Shown: positions 1 to 10,010, numbered from the stretch's first letter. The stretch is 64,000 nucleotides of DNA from Alphaproteobacteria bacterium (GCA_965205265.1 CBDBGH010000003.1:5344001-5408000), one strand, 5' to 3'. Translations and numbers: made by a program. Notes: generated by a model not told the origin, from the sequence alone.

Positions 1-1095
1 GATGCGGGCCGCCTTGTCGAAGCTGCGCGGATGACGGGCGACGGTGTCGGCGCCGTCGAGGATGCGTACCTCCTCCAGTGTCGCGACCACGGTGAGGGTG
101 CGCCGCGTATGGGTATGCGGGACGCTATAGTCATTGAGGTCGAACCTGGCGTAGGGGGTCTTGCCGATCCTGACCTCGACCCTCTCGTCGACGGGGGGCC
201 GGTCGTCGGGCAGCGCCATCAGGGAGCCGCGCTCGCGCTCGAAGGCCTCGCGCACGGTGAGGGAGCGGTCGTCCGGCCAGCGACGGTCGGCGGCGACGCC
301 GTCGCACCAGGCGCGGGCCCGGGCGTTCAGGTCGTCGAGGTCGCGCCAGGCGCGGGCGGCGAAGAAGTTGTCGCGCACATAGCGTATGGCGCGCTCCACG
401 CGCCCCTTCTCGTTGCCGCGCGCGACCGCGACCGGCTTGGGCAGGAAGCGGTAGCGGGCGGCGAAGTCGAGGAGCCGGGGGTTGAACCGGATGGCGTCGC
501 CCTGGCGCTCCAGCACGACGCTCTTCAGGTTGTCGTACCATAGCTCGCGGGGCACGCCCTGCCAGGCCTCGAAGGCCTCGACATGGCCGCGCAGGAAGTT
601 GTCCATCGCGGCATTGAGGTAGAAGTGCAGGAAGATGCGGCGCGAGTAGCTCAGCACCATCACGAAGCCCATCAGCGGGCGCTCCGCGCGCCCGATCCTC
701 ACCTTGCCGAAGTGGGCCCAGTCCACCTGGGCCAGCTCGCCGGGCAGGGTCTTGAGGCGCAGATAGGCCTCGGCCACAGGCCGCGGGCGCTCCGGCGCGA
801 TCATGCGCCGGAAGTGGCTCTGGCTGCCCCGGTAGCCGCGCTCGACCGCCATCTGGTAGAGCCGGCTGGCTGGCAGCCTGGGCCAGACCGCCAGGGTCTG
901 GCGGATGAAGGGCCGGAACGGATCGATCATCGAAGCCCTGCGCCGCCTCTCACGCGCGGGCGCCCCGGCGGCCGCTACCGCGCGCTCGACCGTGCCGTGG
1001 TGGACGCCGAGCTGGCGCGCGATCGTGCCGATCCTCCACTTCTCGGCAAAATACAGCCGCTGGATCTCGGCACGGGTCTGCTTGTCGATCGCCAT
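1..1095 (-). CDS. istA: IS21 transposase IstA (3' end outside window)
   Basis: Own translation: [40 protein letters not shown], then [39 protein letters not shown]; absent from the ORF track because there is no stop in the window. Confidence 0.9.
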   Translation of the reverse strand, partial: MAIDKQTRAEIQRLYFAEKWRIGTIARQLGVHHGTVERAVAAAGAPARERRRRASMIDPFRPFIRQTLAVWPRLPASRLYQMAVERGYRGSQSHFRRMIAPERPRPVAEAYLRLKTLPGELAQVDWAHFGKVRIGRAERPLMGFVMVLSYSRRIFLHFYLNAAMDNFLRGHVEAFEAWQGVPRELWYDNLKSVVLERQGDAIRFNPRLLDFAARYRFLPKPVAVARGNEKGRVERAIRYVRDNFFAARAWRDLDDLNARARAWCDGVAADRRWPDDRSLTVREAFERERGSLMALPDDRPPVDERVEVRIGKTPYARFDLNDYSVPHTHTRRTLTVVATLEEVRILDGADTVARHPRSFDKAARI

Positions 1096-1096
1096 C

Positions 1097-1531
1097 TCAC
1101 TCCCTTCGCGCCTGGCGCAGGCCCGGATAGACCGCCAGGCCGCAGAACCGACCGCAGCGCTCGCAGCGGAACACCCGGGCGGGACGGTCGGGCCCGAAGG
1201 GCCGGGTTCCGGACCGCCCCGCCGGTATGCGCGCCACATCAGGACGCCGGCGCGCGACGGTCAAAGGGTGATGCGTCACTTTCTGCGCGATGGCCCGAAC
1301 TGCCGGCTGCCGCACACGGCGCCGTTCGCGGTAGCGCCGCTGGCGCTCGGCATGCTTGTGACGGCCCCGGCGGCTGTTCTGGTAGCGCTGCCCCGCAAGG
1401 CGCACCGACCGACGCCGCGCCCGCCCGCTGCAACGCGGCGAACAGTAGATATGGCCAGAGTCGCAGCGCCGGCAGAGAACCACCTGGCGGCGGCACAGGG
1501 CGCAGGTGAACAGGCGGGCGGCGTTCCTCAT
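1097..1531 (-). CDS. Cys-rich, Arg-rich accessory protein immediately upstream of istA (putative zinc-binding)
   Basis: [34 protein letters not shown]...[13 protein letters not shown]; stop lies 1 bp before the istA ATG. Confidence 0.7.
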   Translation of the reverse strand: MRNAARLFTCALCRRQVVLCRRCDSGHIYCSPRCSGRARRRSVRLAGQRYQNSRRGRHKHAERQRRYRERRRVRQPAVRAIAQKVTHHPLTVARRRPDVARIPAGRSGTRPFGPDRPARVFRCERCGRFCGLAVYPGLRQARRE

Positions 1532-1760
1532 CGCGACCGATGAGAACGGGGTGGACCCACGCCCGGACGCGCACGATACTGCGCTTCCGGGCCGCGCCTT
1601 GCATGGCTCGGGGGGTGCGGCGCCGGTCGTTGCCACCAAGCCAACGGGGCCGGCGCCGCATCGTTCTCAGAAGCCCCAGTCTACCCCCTGCCGCAGCCCG
1701 GGAACGGCCAACCCGGTCGCCAGGACGTCGCCGCCCTCCGGGAGGCGAAAATCTCAACGC

Positions 1761-1817
1761 GACGGGGGCCGAGGACTCCGGTCGGGCTACGCCCTCCTTC
1801 CGTCCTCGGCCCCCGTC
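1761..1817. other. 16-bp perfect stem with conserved 25-nt loop in IS21 left end
   Basis: GACGGGGGCCGAGGAC / GTCCTCGGCCCCCGTC around TCCGGTCGGGCTACGCCCTCCTTCC; same loop at 41662 and 45954. Confidence 0.8.
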
Positions 1818-1990
1818 ATAAACCCGGCCGCGCCTGTCTCACGCTGTTTGTCGTGCGCACCACAAAAGCGCGCTACGCCAGCAAATATGCGCCCTTTATG
1901 ATAATCACCGACACCCGGAGGGAAGCCGCCGGAAGAACGGCGCGCGGTCCGCGTCTGTCGCATCCTTGCGGCGCCTGTGTCCTGCCATCG

Positions 1991-2027
1991 AAAAAAGGAA
2001 GGGCGGCGCAGGAAACGCGCCACCCTT
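1991..2027 (-). terminator. Rho-independent terminator after lipoprotein copy 1
   Basis: Mirror of 12803-12837: AAGGGTGGCGC/GCGCCGCCCTT stem plus T tract. Confidence 0.75.
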
Positions 2028-2084
2028 GTCACGACCGGGAACCGGGCCGGCCTCCCGCATGAACGGGAGCCCGGCCCCGTGCGG

Positions 2085-4733
2085 CTACTCCGTCGTCGGC
2101 GTCTGAAGCTCCGTGCCGAAGGCGCCGACCATCCGGTGGGTGCCGCCGTGTTCGGCCTGGAACTTGCCCATGATCGCGGTCGGATGGTTGCTGCCGTCGC
2201 CGCCATTCTCAACCGTGCCGGGCTTGTCGTCATACAGGTTGGCCACCCAGCTCCCGGCCGGCGCCGCCTTGTTGCCGTTGATCGACCACACCGTCTTTTC
2301 CGTGTTGACGATGTGGCCCTTCTGGGCATCGGTGGCCAAGCTGGGGTCGGTGGTCCAGGCCGCCTTGTTCAACGTCACGCTCCAGTCGTTCTTCATCCCG
2401 TTTTTCAGCCTGAAGTCGTGGATCGTGCCGGTCAGGCCCGTGTCGGCGTTCAGGTTGGCGGTCCCGAACTGGGCCTTCAGCGTGGCCGTCGCCGTGAACT
2501 CGCCACCGCCGCCCTTCTCGTTGAGCGGGTCGTTGATGGCGTACCAGCCGATCGCGGGGCCCTCATAGGTCGCCGCCCTGCCTCGGTTGACGTTCAGGCT
2601 CTTGCCGTCCGTGGCGAGATCGACGCCCCCGCCGACGGACTGGTAGAAGGCGCTGACCGCCGCCGGCATGCCGTCGGCGTCGTTCCGCACCCACCAGCCG
2701 AAGTACATGTAGCTGAGGTCCCTTTCCAGCACCTTCGCGCCCGCGTCGTGGACGAAGTACCAGTCGGCGGACATGAAGTAGCCGCCGAACCCGCCTCCTC
2801 CGACCCCGGTCCCGACCGTGCAGGTGCCGCTTGCGGGGCAGAAGTAGTTGCCCGGCGCGCCGTAGTAGGTGCCGGGGACCTTGATCTCCGCGCCCCCGTC
2901 GGCCGGCTTCGGAGCGGTCACGGACCCTATCCCGACGGTCCACTTGTCGAACGTGGCGGATGCGATCGCCCGGTCGACCCCGGTGCCCAGGGTCAGTCTG
3001 CGCGCGTGTTTTGGGCCGCTGTTGCCGGATACGAACGGCTCGTAGGTCCCCTTGTTGATCCAGTCGGTGTCGTCCTTGAAGAACTTCGCGGCATCCATCG
3101 GGACGACACCCCATCTCTCCAGCGGGCCGCCCTGCCGGTCGTTGTACACCCGGACCTTGTCGGTGACCTTCATGCTGCCGGAGCCGGTGGTCCTTTCGTA
3201 GTGCGTGACGTTCCACCGGCCCACCTTGTCCATGGTCGTGTCGTGCCCGGGGCGCCCCTCCGCGCCGTGCCTGAAGTACACGGCGGTGTGGGTGTTCGCA
3301 GTCGCGATGCTCCCCGCGCCGGCCGCGGGGTCGATGCGGAAGTCCCCCCGCTCGCCCCTCTGACCGGTCGCCTCCGCCGGGGCGTCGTGCTGGCTATCGG
3401 TGATACTGGTGATGTAGTACGGGACGGTCGCGAGGTTGTTCAGCGCGTTCACCGGGGCCGTTGTGTCATCGGACGGACCCATCGCCGCGTACAGCGCCCG
3501 GCCCATCCTGTGCCCGTCCATGCGCGCCGTCTTGGCGTCGCCGAAGGCGTCCTCCTGCAGGGCGAGCCTCGTGCGCAGCAACTCCTTGTTGGCCTCGGGG
3601 ATGTTCGCGTCCGCGATCGCCGTCTTGGCCGCCGCGATGGCGGCTTCGACGTCGGTCACGGTGCTTTCCTCGGACAGGGACGTGATCCTGGCGATCGCGT
3701 CCATGACCGCCTTAATCTCGCCGTCCGTGATCGTCGTGACGACGCCGGCGATGCGGGTCTCCTCGGCCTTGGCCGCCATGCGGGAGTCCTTGGCCCGGTC
3801 GAGCGCGCCCTGATGCATGGCAATCTTCGAGCGAAGCTTCGCCTTTTCAGACTCGGGGATGTTTGCGCCCTCGATCTCCGCCTTGGCCGCGTCGATGGCG
3901 GCCTGGGCGTCCGTCACGGTGTCGTCGCCGGACGTGTTCGTGACCATCTTGACCGCCTCCATGGCCGCCGCGACCTGGGTGCCCTCGATGTTCTTGACAA
4001 CATGATCGTGGTAATGGCCCTGCGCCGTCTTGATCTGCCCGTCGTCAGCGTCCGCACGGTCCGCCTGAGCCTGATACCGGTCCTTTTCGTCGTCGGTCAG
4101 ATCCTCGGCGCCCGCGATCGCCGCTTTCAGCTCTCTGAGAGCGGCCATGGCGGCGTCGAGCTGCGCCTTCGTGGGCGTCACGCCCGCAAACGCCGCAAGA
4201 GCCATGTCGAGCTTTCCGGAAGCCCCCGAAAGCGCGTTCATCTGCTCTTTCCGGTCCACGGCTGTCTGGGCACTGGCCAGTTGCGTCCGATACGTCGCCT
4301 TGTTGGCATCGCTCACGTCGCCCGCATCGTCCAGCGCCTCCTTGAGAGCCGCGATGGCCGCCTTGGCCGCGGCGAGCTTGTCCGCGTCCGACAGGTCGGA
4401 CGTGTCGACCTCGGCGAGCGCGTCCATCAGCGCCTTCTTCTGATCCATCTCGCGAGCCATCGTCGCCAGCACCGTCTTGCGCGCCGCAGCCGCCGCCTGA
4501 AGCTTCGCGAGCTCCTCGCCGGAAACGCCGGCCGTTGCATCGGCAACGGCCTTGTCGACCGCAGCGTCCGTCGTGGCCGCCTTGATGGCCGCGTCCGCCT
4601 TCTGGTAGGGCGTCTGCGTCTGCGCCGGCATCTGCGTCGTCGTCGACGGCGAGCTTCCGCCCCCGCCGCAGCCGGCAAGCCCCAGAGCCGTGGCGGCCAT
4701 GACCGCGATCGCCCAATGCTTCACAATTCTCAT
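2085..4733 (-). CDS. Large surface lipoprotein with helical repeat stalk and C-terminal TbpB-like beta-barrel (type XI secretion cargo), copy 1
   Basis: Lipobox LAG-C22, Gly/Ser/Thr linker, Ala-rich repeats, C-terminal ATYEGPAIG...FTATATLKAQFG...LTGTI...MVGAFG barrel pattern. Confidence 0.8.
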   Translation of the reverse strand: MRIVKHWAIAVMAATALGLAGCGGGGSSPSTTTQMPAQTQTPYQKADAAIKAATTDAAVDKAVADATAGVSGEELAKLQAAAAARKTVLATMAREMDQKKALMDALAEVDTSDLSDADKLAAAKAAIAALKEALDDAGDVSDANKATYRTQLASAQTAVDRKEQMNALSGASGKLDMALAAFAGVTPTKAQLDAAMAALRELKAAIAGAEDLTDDEKDRYQAQADRADADDGQIKTAQGHYHDHVVKNIEGTQVAAAMEAVKMVTNTSGDDTVTDAQAAIDAAKAEIEGANIPESEKAKLRSKIAMHQGALDRAKDSRMAAKAEETRIAGVVTTITDGEIKAVMDAIARITSLSEESTVTDVEAAIAAAKTAIADANIPEANKELLRTRLALQEDAFGDAKTARMDGHRMGRALYAAMGPSDDTTAPVNALNNLATVPYYITSITDSQHDAPAEATGQRGERGDFRIDPAAGAGSIATANTHTAVYFRHGAEGRPGHDTTMDKVGRWNVTHYERTTGSGSMKVTDKVRVYNDRQGGPLERWGVVPMDAAKFFKDDTDWINKGTYEPFVSGNSGPKHARRLTLGTGVDRAIASATFDKWTVGIGSVTAPKPADGGAEIKVPGTYYGAPGNYFCPASGTCTVGTGVGGGGFGGYFMSADWYFVHDAGAKVLERDLSYMYFGWWVRNDADGMPAAVSAFYQSVGGGVDLATDGKSLNVNRGRAATYEGPAIGWYAINDPLNEKGGGGEFTATATLKAQFGTANLNADTGLTGTIHDFRLKNGMKNDWSVTLNKAAWTTDPSLATDAQKGHIVNTEKTVWSINGNKAAPAGSWVANLYDDKPGTVENGGDGSNHPTAIMGKFQAEHGGTHRMVGAFGTELQTPTTE

Positions 4734-4791
4734 GAACCCTTCTCCTTTCAGCAGGAACGCCTCGCCGGTCCCCGATGCAAACTCCGGGCAA

Positions 4792-4819
4792 AGTGTAGGT
4801 GGAACGCAGGGCGTGTCAA
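4792..4819 (-). promoter_or_regulatory. Sigma70-like promoter for lipoprotein copy 1
   Basis: Mirror of 10011-10038 (TTGACA-16-TACACT). Confidence 0.6.
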
Positions 4820-4897
4820 CAAACTAAAACACTTCATGCGCCGTTCCCTCATGCGAGCCCCAGCGCAGGCGGAGCATAGGCGGACAGGACGGGAGAA

Positions 4898-6055
4898 TCA
4901 ACAACTCCGGAGCTTCCGCTCGACCGCCACCGCCACCCGCTCGGCGGCTTGGCCGAGGGTCGCGTCGTCGAGATGGACATAGCGGTTCGTCGTGCTGGCC
5001 CGGCGGTGTCCGAGCAGGCGTCCTGCGACATGCAGGCTTTCGCCATTCATGACGGCGTGCGAGGCATGCGCATGTCGCAGGTCATGAAGCCGCGCATCCG
5101 CCACGATCCCGGCCGCATCGCGCGTCGTGGTCCAGAAATAGTGGAGTTCGTTGCTGCCCAACGGCCCGTCTCCGCTCCTGCCCGGAAACACACATTCCCC
5201 GGACGCCGATTCGGCGAGGCCGGCCAGCAACGCCCGCGCCGCTTCGCCCAGCAGAACGTGCCTCGGGCCCGTCTTGGTGTCGGGCAGCGCGAGCCGGTCC
5301 GGCTTGACCTCGCACCAGCGCAGGCGGCGAATCTCCCCCGGCCGGCACCCGGTCAGCAGGAGCAGGCGCACCGCCGCGGCGCAGACCGGGTGTTCGGCCT
5401 CGCGCTCGCGCAGCACCGCGCCCAGCTTCGCCAGATCGTCCGCACCCAGCAGCCGCCCGCGCGGCGGACGCCGGTAGCGGACGATGCCCGTGCACGGGTT
5501 CCCGGCGGCCTCGGGCCGATGACCCCACGCGACGGCGCAGTCGAACATGTTGCGAAGGATGTCATGGGCGCGGTTCGCCCCGCCCGGCCTCCGCCGCCCG
5601 TAGTCGTGGAAGAAGCGGGCAATGTCGGCCCGCACGACCGCGCCGACGCGCAGATGGCCGAGCGCGGGCAGGATGGCGCTGTCGAGGTAGCTCAGGGTCG
5701 CCTGCACCGTGGACGGCTTCCAGGACGGGGCGCGCCGCTCGACATATTCCACGGCGAACTTCGCCAGCGTCGGGCCGGAAGCGGGAAGGGGCAGAGAATC
5801 GCCGACGCCCTTCTCGCGGGCGAGGAAGGCGAGCGCCGCAGCGCGCGCCCGGTCGGCCTTTACCGCCTCCGGCCTGCCGAGCGTGACCCGGCACGGCTTG
5901 CCGTCGCGCCGGAAGCGGAACACCCAGGATCGCGCGCCGTTGGGCTGGACGCGCAGCATGAAGCCCTGAAGGGCGGTATCGTGGACGGCGTATTCGCGTT
6001 CGCGCGGACGGGCCGCGAGCGCGAGCGCATCGGTCAGCCGGGCGCGTTCGGTCAT
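4898..6055 (-). CDS. Tyrosine recombinase Int2 (N-terminal arm-binding-like domain)
   Basis: MTERARLTD start overlaps Int1 stop (ATGA); TGCRPGE, DTKTG, HDLRH, LLGH, TTNRY catalytic set intact. Confidence 0.92.
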   Translation of the reverse strand: MTERARLTDALALAARPREREYAVHDTALQGFMLRVQPNGARSWVFRFRRDGKPCRVTLGRPEAVKADRARAAALAFLAREKGVGDSLPLPASGPTLAKFAVEYVERRAPSWKPSTVQATLSYLDSAILPALGHLRVGAVVRADIARFFHDYGRRRPGGANRAHDILRNMFDCAVAWGHRPEAAGNPCTGIVRYRRPPRGRLLGADDLAKLGAVLREREAEHPVCAAAVRLLLLTGCRPGEIRRLRWCEVKPDRLALPDTKTGPRHVLLGEAARALLAGLAESASGECVFPGRSGDGPLGSNELHYFWTTTRDAAGIVADARLHDLRHAHASHAVMNGESLHVAGRLLGHRRASTTNRYVHLDDATLGQAAERVAVAVERKLRSC

Positions 6056-7203
6056 CGGTCCGCCTCCCCGCCGTCGAGCATGGCGGCAAGGCCGCGCGAG
6101 ACCCGGTTCGCGGCCTCGAACACGGAGCCCTCGGCAAGGTGCGCATAGCCGAAGGTGGTCTGGATGTCGGCATGGCCGAGCAGCCCGGCGACGATGCGCA
6201 GGCCCTCGCCGCCGCCGACCGCGACCGCCGCATAGCTGTGGCGGAGATCGTGAATGCGCAGCGTCGGCAGACCCGCCGCCGCGCGGACCGCGTTCCATGC
6301 CCTGTCCACCGTCGCAGGGCCGCCGCAGGGAGACGCGAACACCCACGGGCAGTCGTCGCGCCGGGGTTGCGCCGCGAGCACGGCGCGGGCGGGCGATGCG
6401 AGCCGGATCGTGCGCGGACCGGTCTTGCTGTCGGGCAACACAACACGGTCGCCGTGGACATGCTCCCACCTGAGCCGCAGAGCCTCGGACTTGCGCGCGC
6501 CGGTATGGAGCAGGAAGCGCAGCGCGGCGACGGCGACCGGCCATTCCGCTTCCGCGCCGTCGAGCGCCCGCCCAAGCGCGGCGAACTCGTCGTCCGTCAG
6601 GTAGTGCGCCTCGAAGCCGGTCCTGCGCCGCCGCAGCCCCTTGCACGGGTTGGAGTCCTCGCGCCGCAGGCCGAGCGCCTCCGCGTGCTTCATCATCGAC
6701 GACAGCACCGCCAGCGCCCGGTTCGCCGATCCCGCCCGCCTGGCCGACAGATCGTCGAACCAGTTGTGCACATCTTTCGCGCCGATCGAATCGACGCGCC
6801 GACCGCCAAACACGGGCAGGATGAAGCGGTTCATGCCGTCCGCGTGCGCGCGCCGCGTCGCCGGCTTCCAGCGTTCGGCGCAGTCGGCGAGGAACGCCGG
6901 CGCGAACGTCCGCACCGTCGGCACCGTCGCCGGTGCGCCGCCCGTCTCCGCATCGGCGAGCAGCGCTCGCGCCGCGTGCCGCGCATCCTCGACCGTCAGT
7001 TCGTCGAGCGCGCCGAGCGTCCGCCTGACGACGGAGCCGCCCGCGCGCCGGTGCACGATCCATGTCTTGCGCCCTTTCGCCCGCACCCGCAGGCCGAGGC
7101 CCGGCGCGGCGCTGTCCCACAGCACGGCCTCGCGCCCGTCCGCAGCAGCGAAGGCGCGCGCCCGCGCCTCGGTGATCTTCGTCCTCTTCGTTCCGTTCGG
7201 CAT
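6052..7203 (-). CDS. Tyrosine recombinase Int1
   Basis: MPNGTKRTKIT...LWDSAAPGLGLRV; TGARKSE, DSKTG, HDLRH, LLGH, TTFGY. Confidence 0.92.
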   Translation of the reverse strand: MPNGTKRTKITEARARAFAAADGREAVLWDSAAPGLGLRVRAKGRKTWIVHRRAGGSVVRRTLGALDELTVEDARHAARALLADAETGGAPATVPTVRTFAPAFLADCAERWKPATRRAHADGMNRFILPVFGGRRVDSIGAKDVHNWFDDLSARRAGSANRALAVLSSMMKHAEALGLRREDSNPCKGLRRRRTGFEAHYLTDDEFAALGRALDGAEAEWPVAVAALRFLLHTGARKSEALRLRWEHVHGDRVVLPDSKTGPRTIRLASPARAVLAAQPRRDDCPWVFASPCGGPATVDRAWNAVRAAAGLPTLRIHDLRHSYAAVAVGGGEGLRIVAGLLGHADIQTTFGYAHLAEGSVFEAANRVSRGLAAMLDGGEADR

Positions 7204-7414
7204 CTTCCGACCCCTTCCCTTGTCTGCCGGTCGCAGGAGCCCCCGTTGGGGAACACCCAGGACACGCCGGGGAACGGCGTCGGGTTCGAAGATCGGAAGG
7301 GCCGGAAGTGCCGCACTCAAACGCCGCGCGGGCTGCAAGCCATTGTCAGAACTGGCCTTGCGGCGCTTCGCGGATGCGGGGGCGGAGTGATGATTTCTAC
7401 GCCCTTCGGCGCGT

Positions 7415-7443
7415 GGTTCTCACACCCGACGCACCCGTGGTGC
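7415..7443 (+). other. att-like recombination site (inverted partner 14356-14384)
   Basis: GGTTCTCACACCCGACGCACCCGTGGTGC versus reverse complement of 14356-14384: 26/29, first 19 bp identical. Confidence 0.75.
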
Positions 7444-7620
7444 AGAGAGCGAGACCCGGCCGACCTTCAACGGTCGAGAGTTTTCCGTTGCACGACAAGG
7501 GGTTGGGGCCGGGTCCGGCCTCCGGCCGCGAGCCTGTGCGCAGGCCGCGTTGTCCGTTCGGAAACGCCGTTTCGTTCCCCCGGAACGGGCGGCATCCCAG
7601 GGAACGGATCCGGAGGCCCC

Positions 7621-8751
7621 ATGCGCATCCATGCCACCATCGACGAACGGACGGCCAACAGGCCGTTCGAGCAGCGCCGGAAATCCCGCAACGGCATCAC
7701 CGTCATCGACCGGGATCTGCCCGCCTTCGGCCTCAAGGTCGCGAAAGGCGGGGCAAGGTTCTTCCATGTCCTCGTCGGGGGAAGGACCGTCCGTCTCGGC
7801 TCCCCCGGCGACATGACCGCCGCCGAGGCGAGGGAGAAGGCGCTTGCCGCCATCGCGAAGGCCAGGGACGACAAGGAGGCCGGTCCCCTGTTCACCGACT
7901 TCGCAGCCGAGTTCATGCGCCGCCAGGGGCGGCGCTGGAAGCCGTCCACGAGGACAGGCAACGCCCACCTGATCGACCGCTACCTCGTCCCCTTCTTCGG
8001 TGCGATGCGCGTCCCGCAGATTGGCCGCGCCGACGTGCGGCGCTGGTTCGACGCCATGAGCGGCACGCCCGGCAACGCCAACCGGACCCTGCCGGTGCTC
8101 TCGGTGATGATGCGGCAGGCCGAGTTGTGGGACCTGCGCCCGCAGGGATCCAACCCCTGCCGCAACATGCGCCGCTACCGGACGAAGCCGAGAGAGCGGT
8201 TCCTGTCCGTGGACGAACTCAAGCGCCTCGGCTTCGTGCTCGACCATGCCGGGGACAGGCAGGCCGCCGCCGCAATCCAGCTCCTGCTGTTCACCGGCGC
8301 GCGCTCGTCCGAGATCGCCGGCCTGCAATGGGACTGGATCCGCGATACCCGCGCGGTCCTGCCCGACAGCAAGACCGGGCCGAAGGCAGTCCAGCTTCCG
8401 CCGCCTGCAAGGGCGGTCCTCAACGCCCTGCCGCGCAGGGGGCGCTACGTCTTCCCCAACGGGAGGGGCGACGGGCCGATGACCGACCTCGGCCCGCGCT
8501 GGCGGAAGCTGCGCGGCCTCGCCGGGCTCGACGATGTGCGCCTCCACGACTGCCGCCATACCTTCGCCTCCCACGCCGTGATGAGCGGCCTCGACCTCTA
8601 CACCGTCGGCCGTCTGCTCGGCCATGCCGACACCGCGTCCACCGAACGCTACGCCCATCTCGCCGACGGACATGTCCGCGCCGCCGCCGGGCGCATCTCC
8701 GGCATCGTCCACGATGCCATGACCGGCAGCGGGAAGGAGGACGGACGATGA
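7621..8751 (+). CDS. Tyrosine recombinase Int3
   Basis: MRIHATIDERT...DRDLPAFGLKV; TGARSSE, DSKTG, HDCRH, LLGH, STERY. Confidence 0.92.
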   Translation: MRIHATIDERTANRPFEQRRKSRNGITVIDRDLPAFGLKVAKGGARFFHVLVGGRTVRLGSPGDMTAAEAREKALAAIAKARDDKEAGPLFTDFAAEFMRRQGRRWKPSTRTGNAHLIDRYLVPFFGAMRVPQIGRADVRRWFDAMSGTPGNANRTLPVLSVMMRQAELWDLRPQGSNPCRNMRRYRTKPRERFLSVDELKRLGFVLDHAGDRQAAAAIQLLLFTGARSSEIAGLQWDWIRDTRAVLPDSKTGPKAVQLPPPARAVLNALPRRGRYVFPNGRGDGPMTDLGPRWRKLRGLAGLDDVRLHDCRHTFASHAVMSGLDLYTVGRLLGHADTASTERYAHLADGHVRAAAGRISGIVHDAMTGSGKEDGR

Positions 8752-9932
8752 GCGGGGGCAGGCGCCGCATCCGGCTGACCGTGAAGGCCATCGCCGCCGC
8801 CAGGCCGACGGAACGGGAATACACCCTCTGGGACAAGCTGCTGGCGCATTTCGGGGTCCGGGTGCAGCCTTCGGGAGTGCGCTCCTACATCGTCCAGACC
8901 CGCGTCAACGGGCGCATGCGCAAGATCACCCTCGGCCGCTTCCCCGAACTCTCCCTCGACGCCGCCCGGCGGGACGGCGCGGCCGCGCTCGCCCGCCTGT
9001 GGGGCGGCGAGGACATGGCGCCGCCGCGCAGGACCAGGGCGCCGCTGTTCCGCGACTTCGCCGCCCGCTACCGCGAACGGCGGAAACACCGCTGGAAGCC
9101 ATCCTCTCTGGAGACCTTCGACATCTACATGCGGAACCGCCTGATGCCGCATTTCGACAGGCTCCGGCTCGACGCCATCGACCATGCCTGTGTCTCGGCA
9201 TGGTTCGACGCCGCCAGCGTCGACCGGCCCGGCGCGGCCAACCGCGCCTTCGAGATCCTCCGCGCCATGCTCGCGACGGCCCGCCAGTGGGGCGACCTCG
9301 GCGAGCATGTCCCCGACGCCTGCGCCAACATCGCCAGGAACCCGCGGCGGCCGGTCGCCCGCCATCTCGACCGTGCGGAGCTCAAACGCCTCGGCGCGGT
9401 GCTGGACCGGCGCCGGGAGGACCACCCCTGGCCGGTTGCGGCCATCCGCCTGCTGACGCTCACCGGAGCGCGACTCTCCGAAATCCTCGACCTCACATGG
9501 GACGAGATCGGGGAACTGGACGAGGACGGCGCCAGCGCCCGGCTGGCCGACACCAAGACGGGCCCGAGGCACGTTCTGCTGGGCGAAGCGGCGCGGGCGT
9601 TGCTGGCCGGCCTCGCCGAATCGGCGTCCGGGGAATGTGTGTTTCCGGGCAGGAGCGGAGACGGGCCGTTGGGCAGCAACGAACTCCACTATTTCTGGAC
9701 CACGACGCGCGATGCGGCCGGGATCGTGGCGGATGCGCGGCTTCATGACCTGCGACATGCGCATGCCTCGCACGCCGTCATGAATGGCGAAAGCCTGCAT
9801 GTCGCAGGACGCCTGCTCGGACACCGCCGGGCCAGCACGACGAACCGCTATGTCCATCTCGACGACGCGACCCTCGGCCAAGCCGCCGAGCGGGTGGCGG
9901 TGGCGGTCGAGCGGAAGCTCCGGAGTTGTTGA
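8748..9932 (+). CDS. Tyrosine recombinase Int4 (C-terminal ~127 aa identical to Int2)
   Basis: ATGA overlap with Int3; LWDKLLAHFGVRV, TGARLSE; identical to Int2 from DTKTG onward. Confidence 0.92.
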   Translation: MSGGRRRIRLTVKAIAAARPTEREYTLWDKLLAHFGVRVQPSGVRSYIVQTRVNGRMRKITLGRFPELSLDAARRDGAAALARLWGGEDMAPPRRTRAPLFRDFAARYRERRKHRWKPSSLETFDIYMRNRLMPHFDRLRLDAIDHACVSAWFDAASVDRPGAANRAFEILRAMLATARQWGDLGEHVPDACANIARNPRRPVARHLDRAELKRLGAVLDRRREDHPWPVAAIRLLTLTGARLSEILDLTWDEIGELDEDGASARLADTKTGPRHVLLGEAARALLAGLAESASGECVFPGRSGDGPLGSNELHYFWTTTRDAAGIVADARLHDLRHAHASHAVMNGESLHVAGRLLGHRRASTTNRYVHLDDATLGQAAERVAVAVERKLRSC

Positions 9933-10010
9933 TTCTCCCGTCCTGTCCGCCTATGCTCCGCCTGCGCTGGGGCTCGCATGAGGGAACGGCGCATGAAGTG
10001 TTTTAGTTTG

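Larger units (their letters stand above)
1..1913 (-). mobile_element. IS21-family element (partial, runs off window start) inserted in the lipoprotein-Slam spacer of the leftmost module
   Basis: istA-like ORF; minus-strand end reads 5'-TGTCGGTGATTATC at 1913; 1914-1997 is homologous to the intact spacer near 46995-47080 and homology stops at 1913. Confidence 0.8.
1998..5283 (-). repeat. Left arm of 3,286-bp inverted repeat (partner 9547-12832)
   Basis: ORF coordinates mirror at x <-> 14830-x with identical translations; first mismatches at 1997/12833 and 5284/9546. Confidence 0.95.

Noticed and set aside
1977-4982. Very long antisense ORFs (also 9848-13027, 19759-24513, 30465-33059, 40079-41566 and others)
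   Set aside because: Shadow frames of real genes in ~70% GC DNA; no motifs
6139-9932. 740-874-aa ORF calls suggesting giant integrase fusions
   Set aside because: The extensions are out-of-frame or antisense overlaps; the real starts are 6055, 7203, 7621 and 8748
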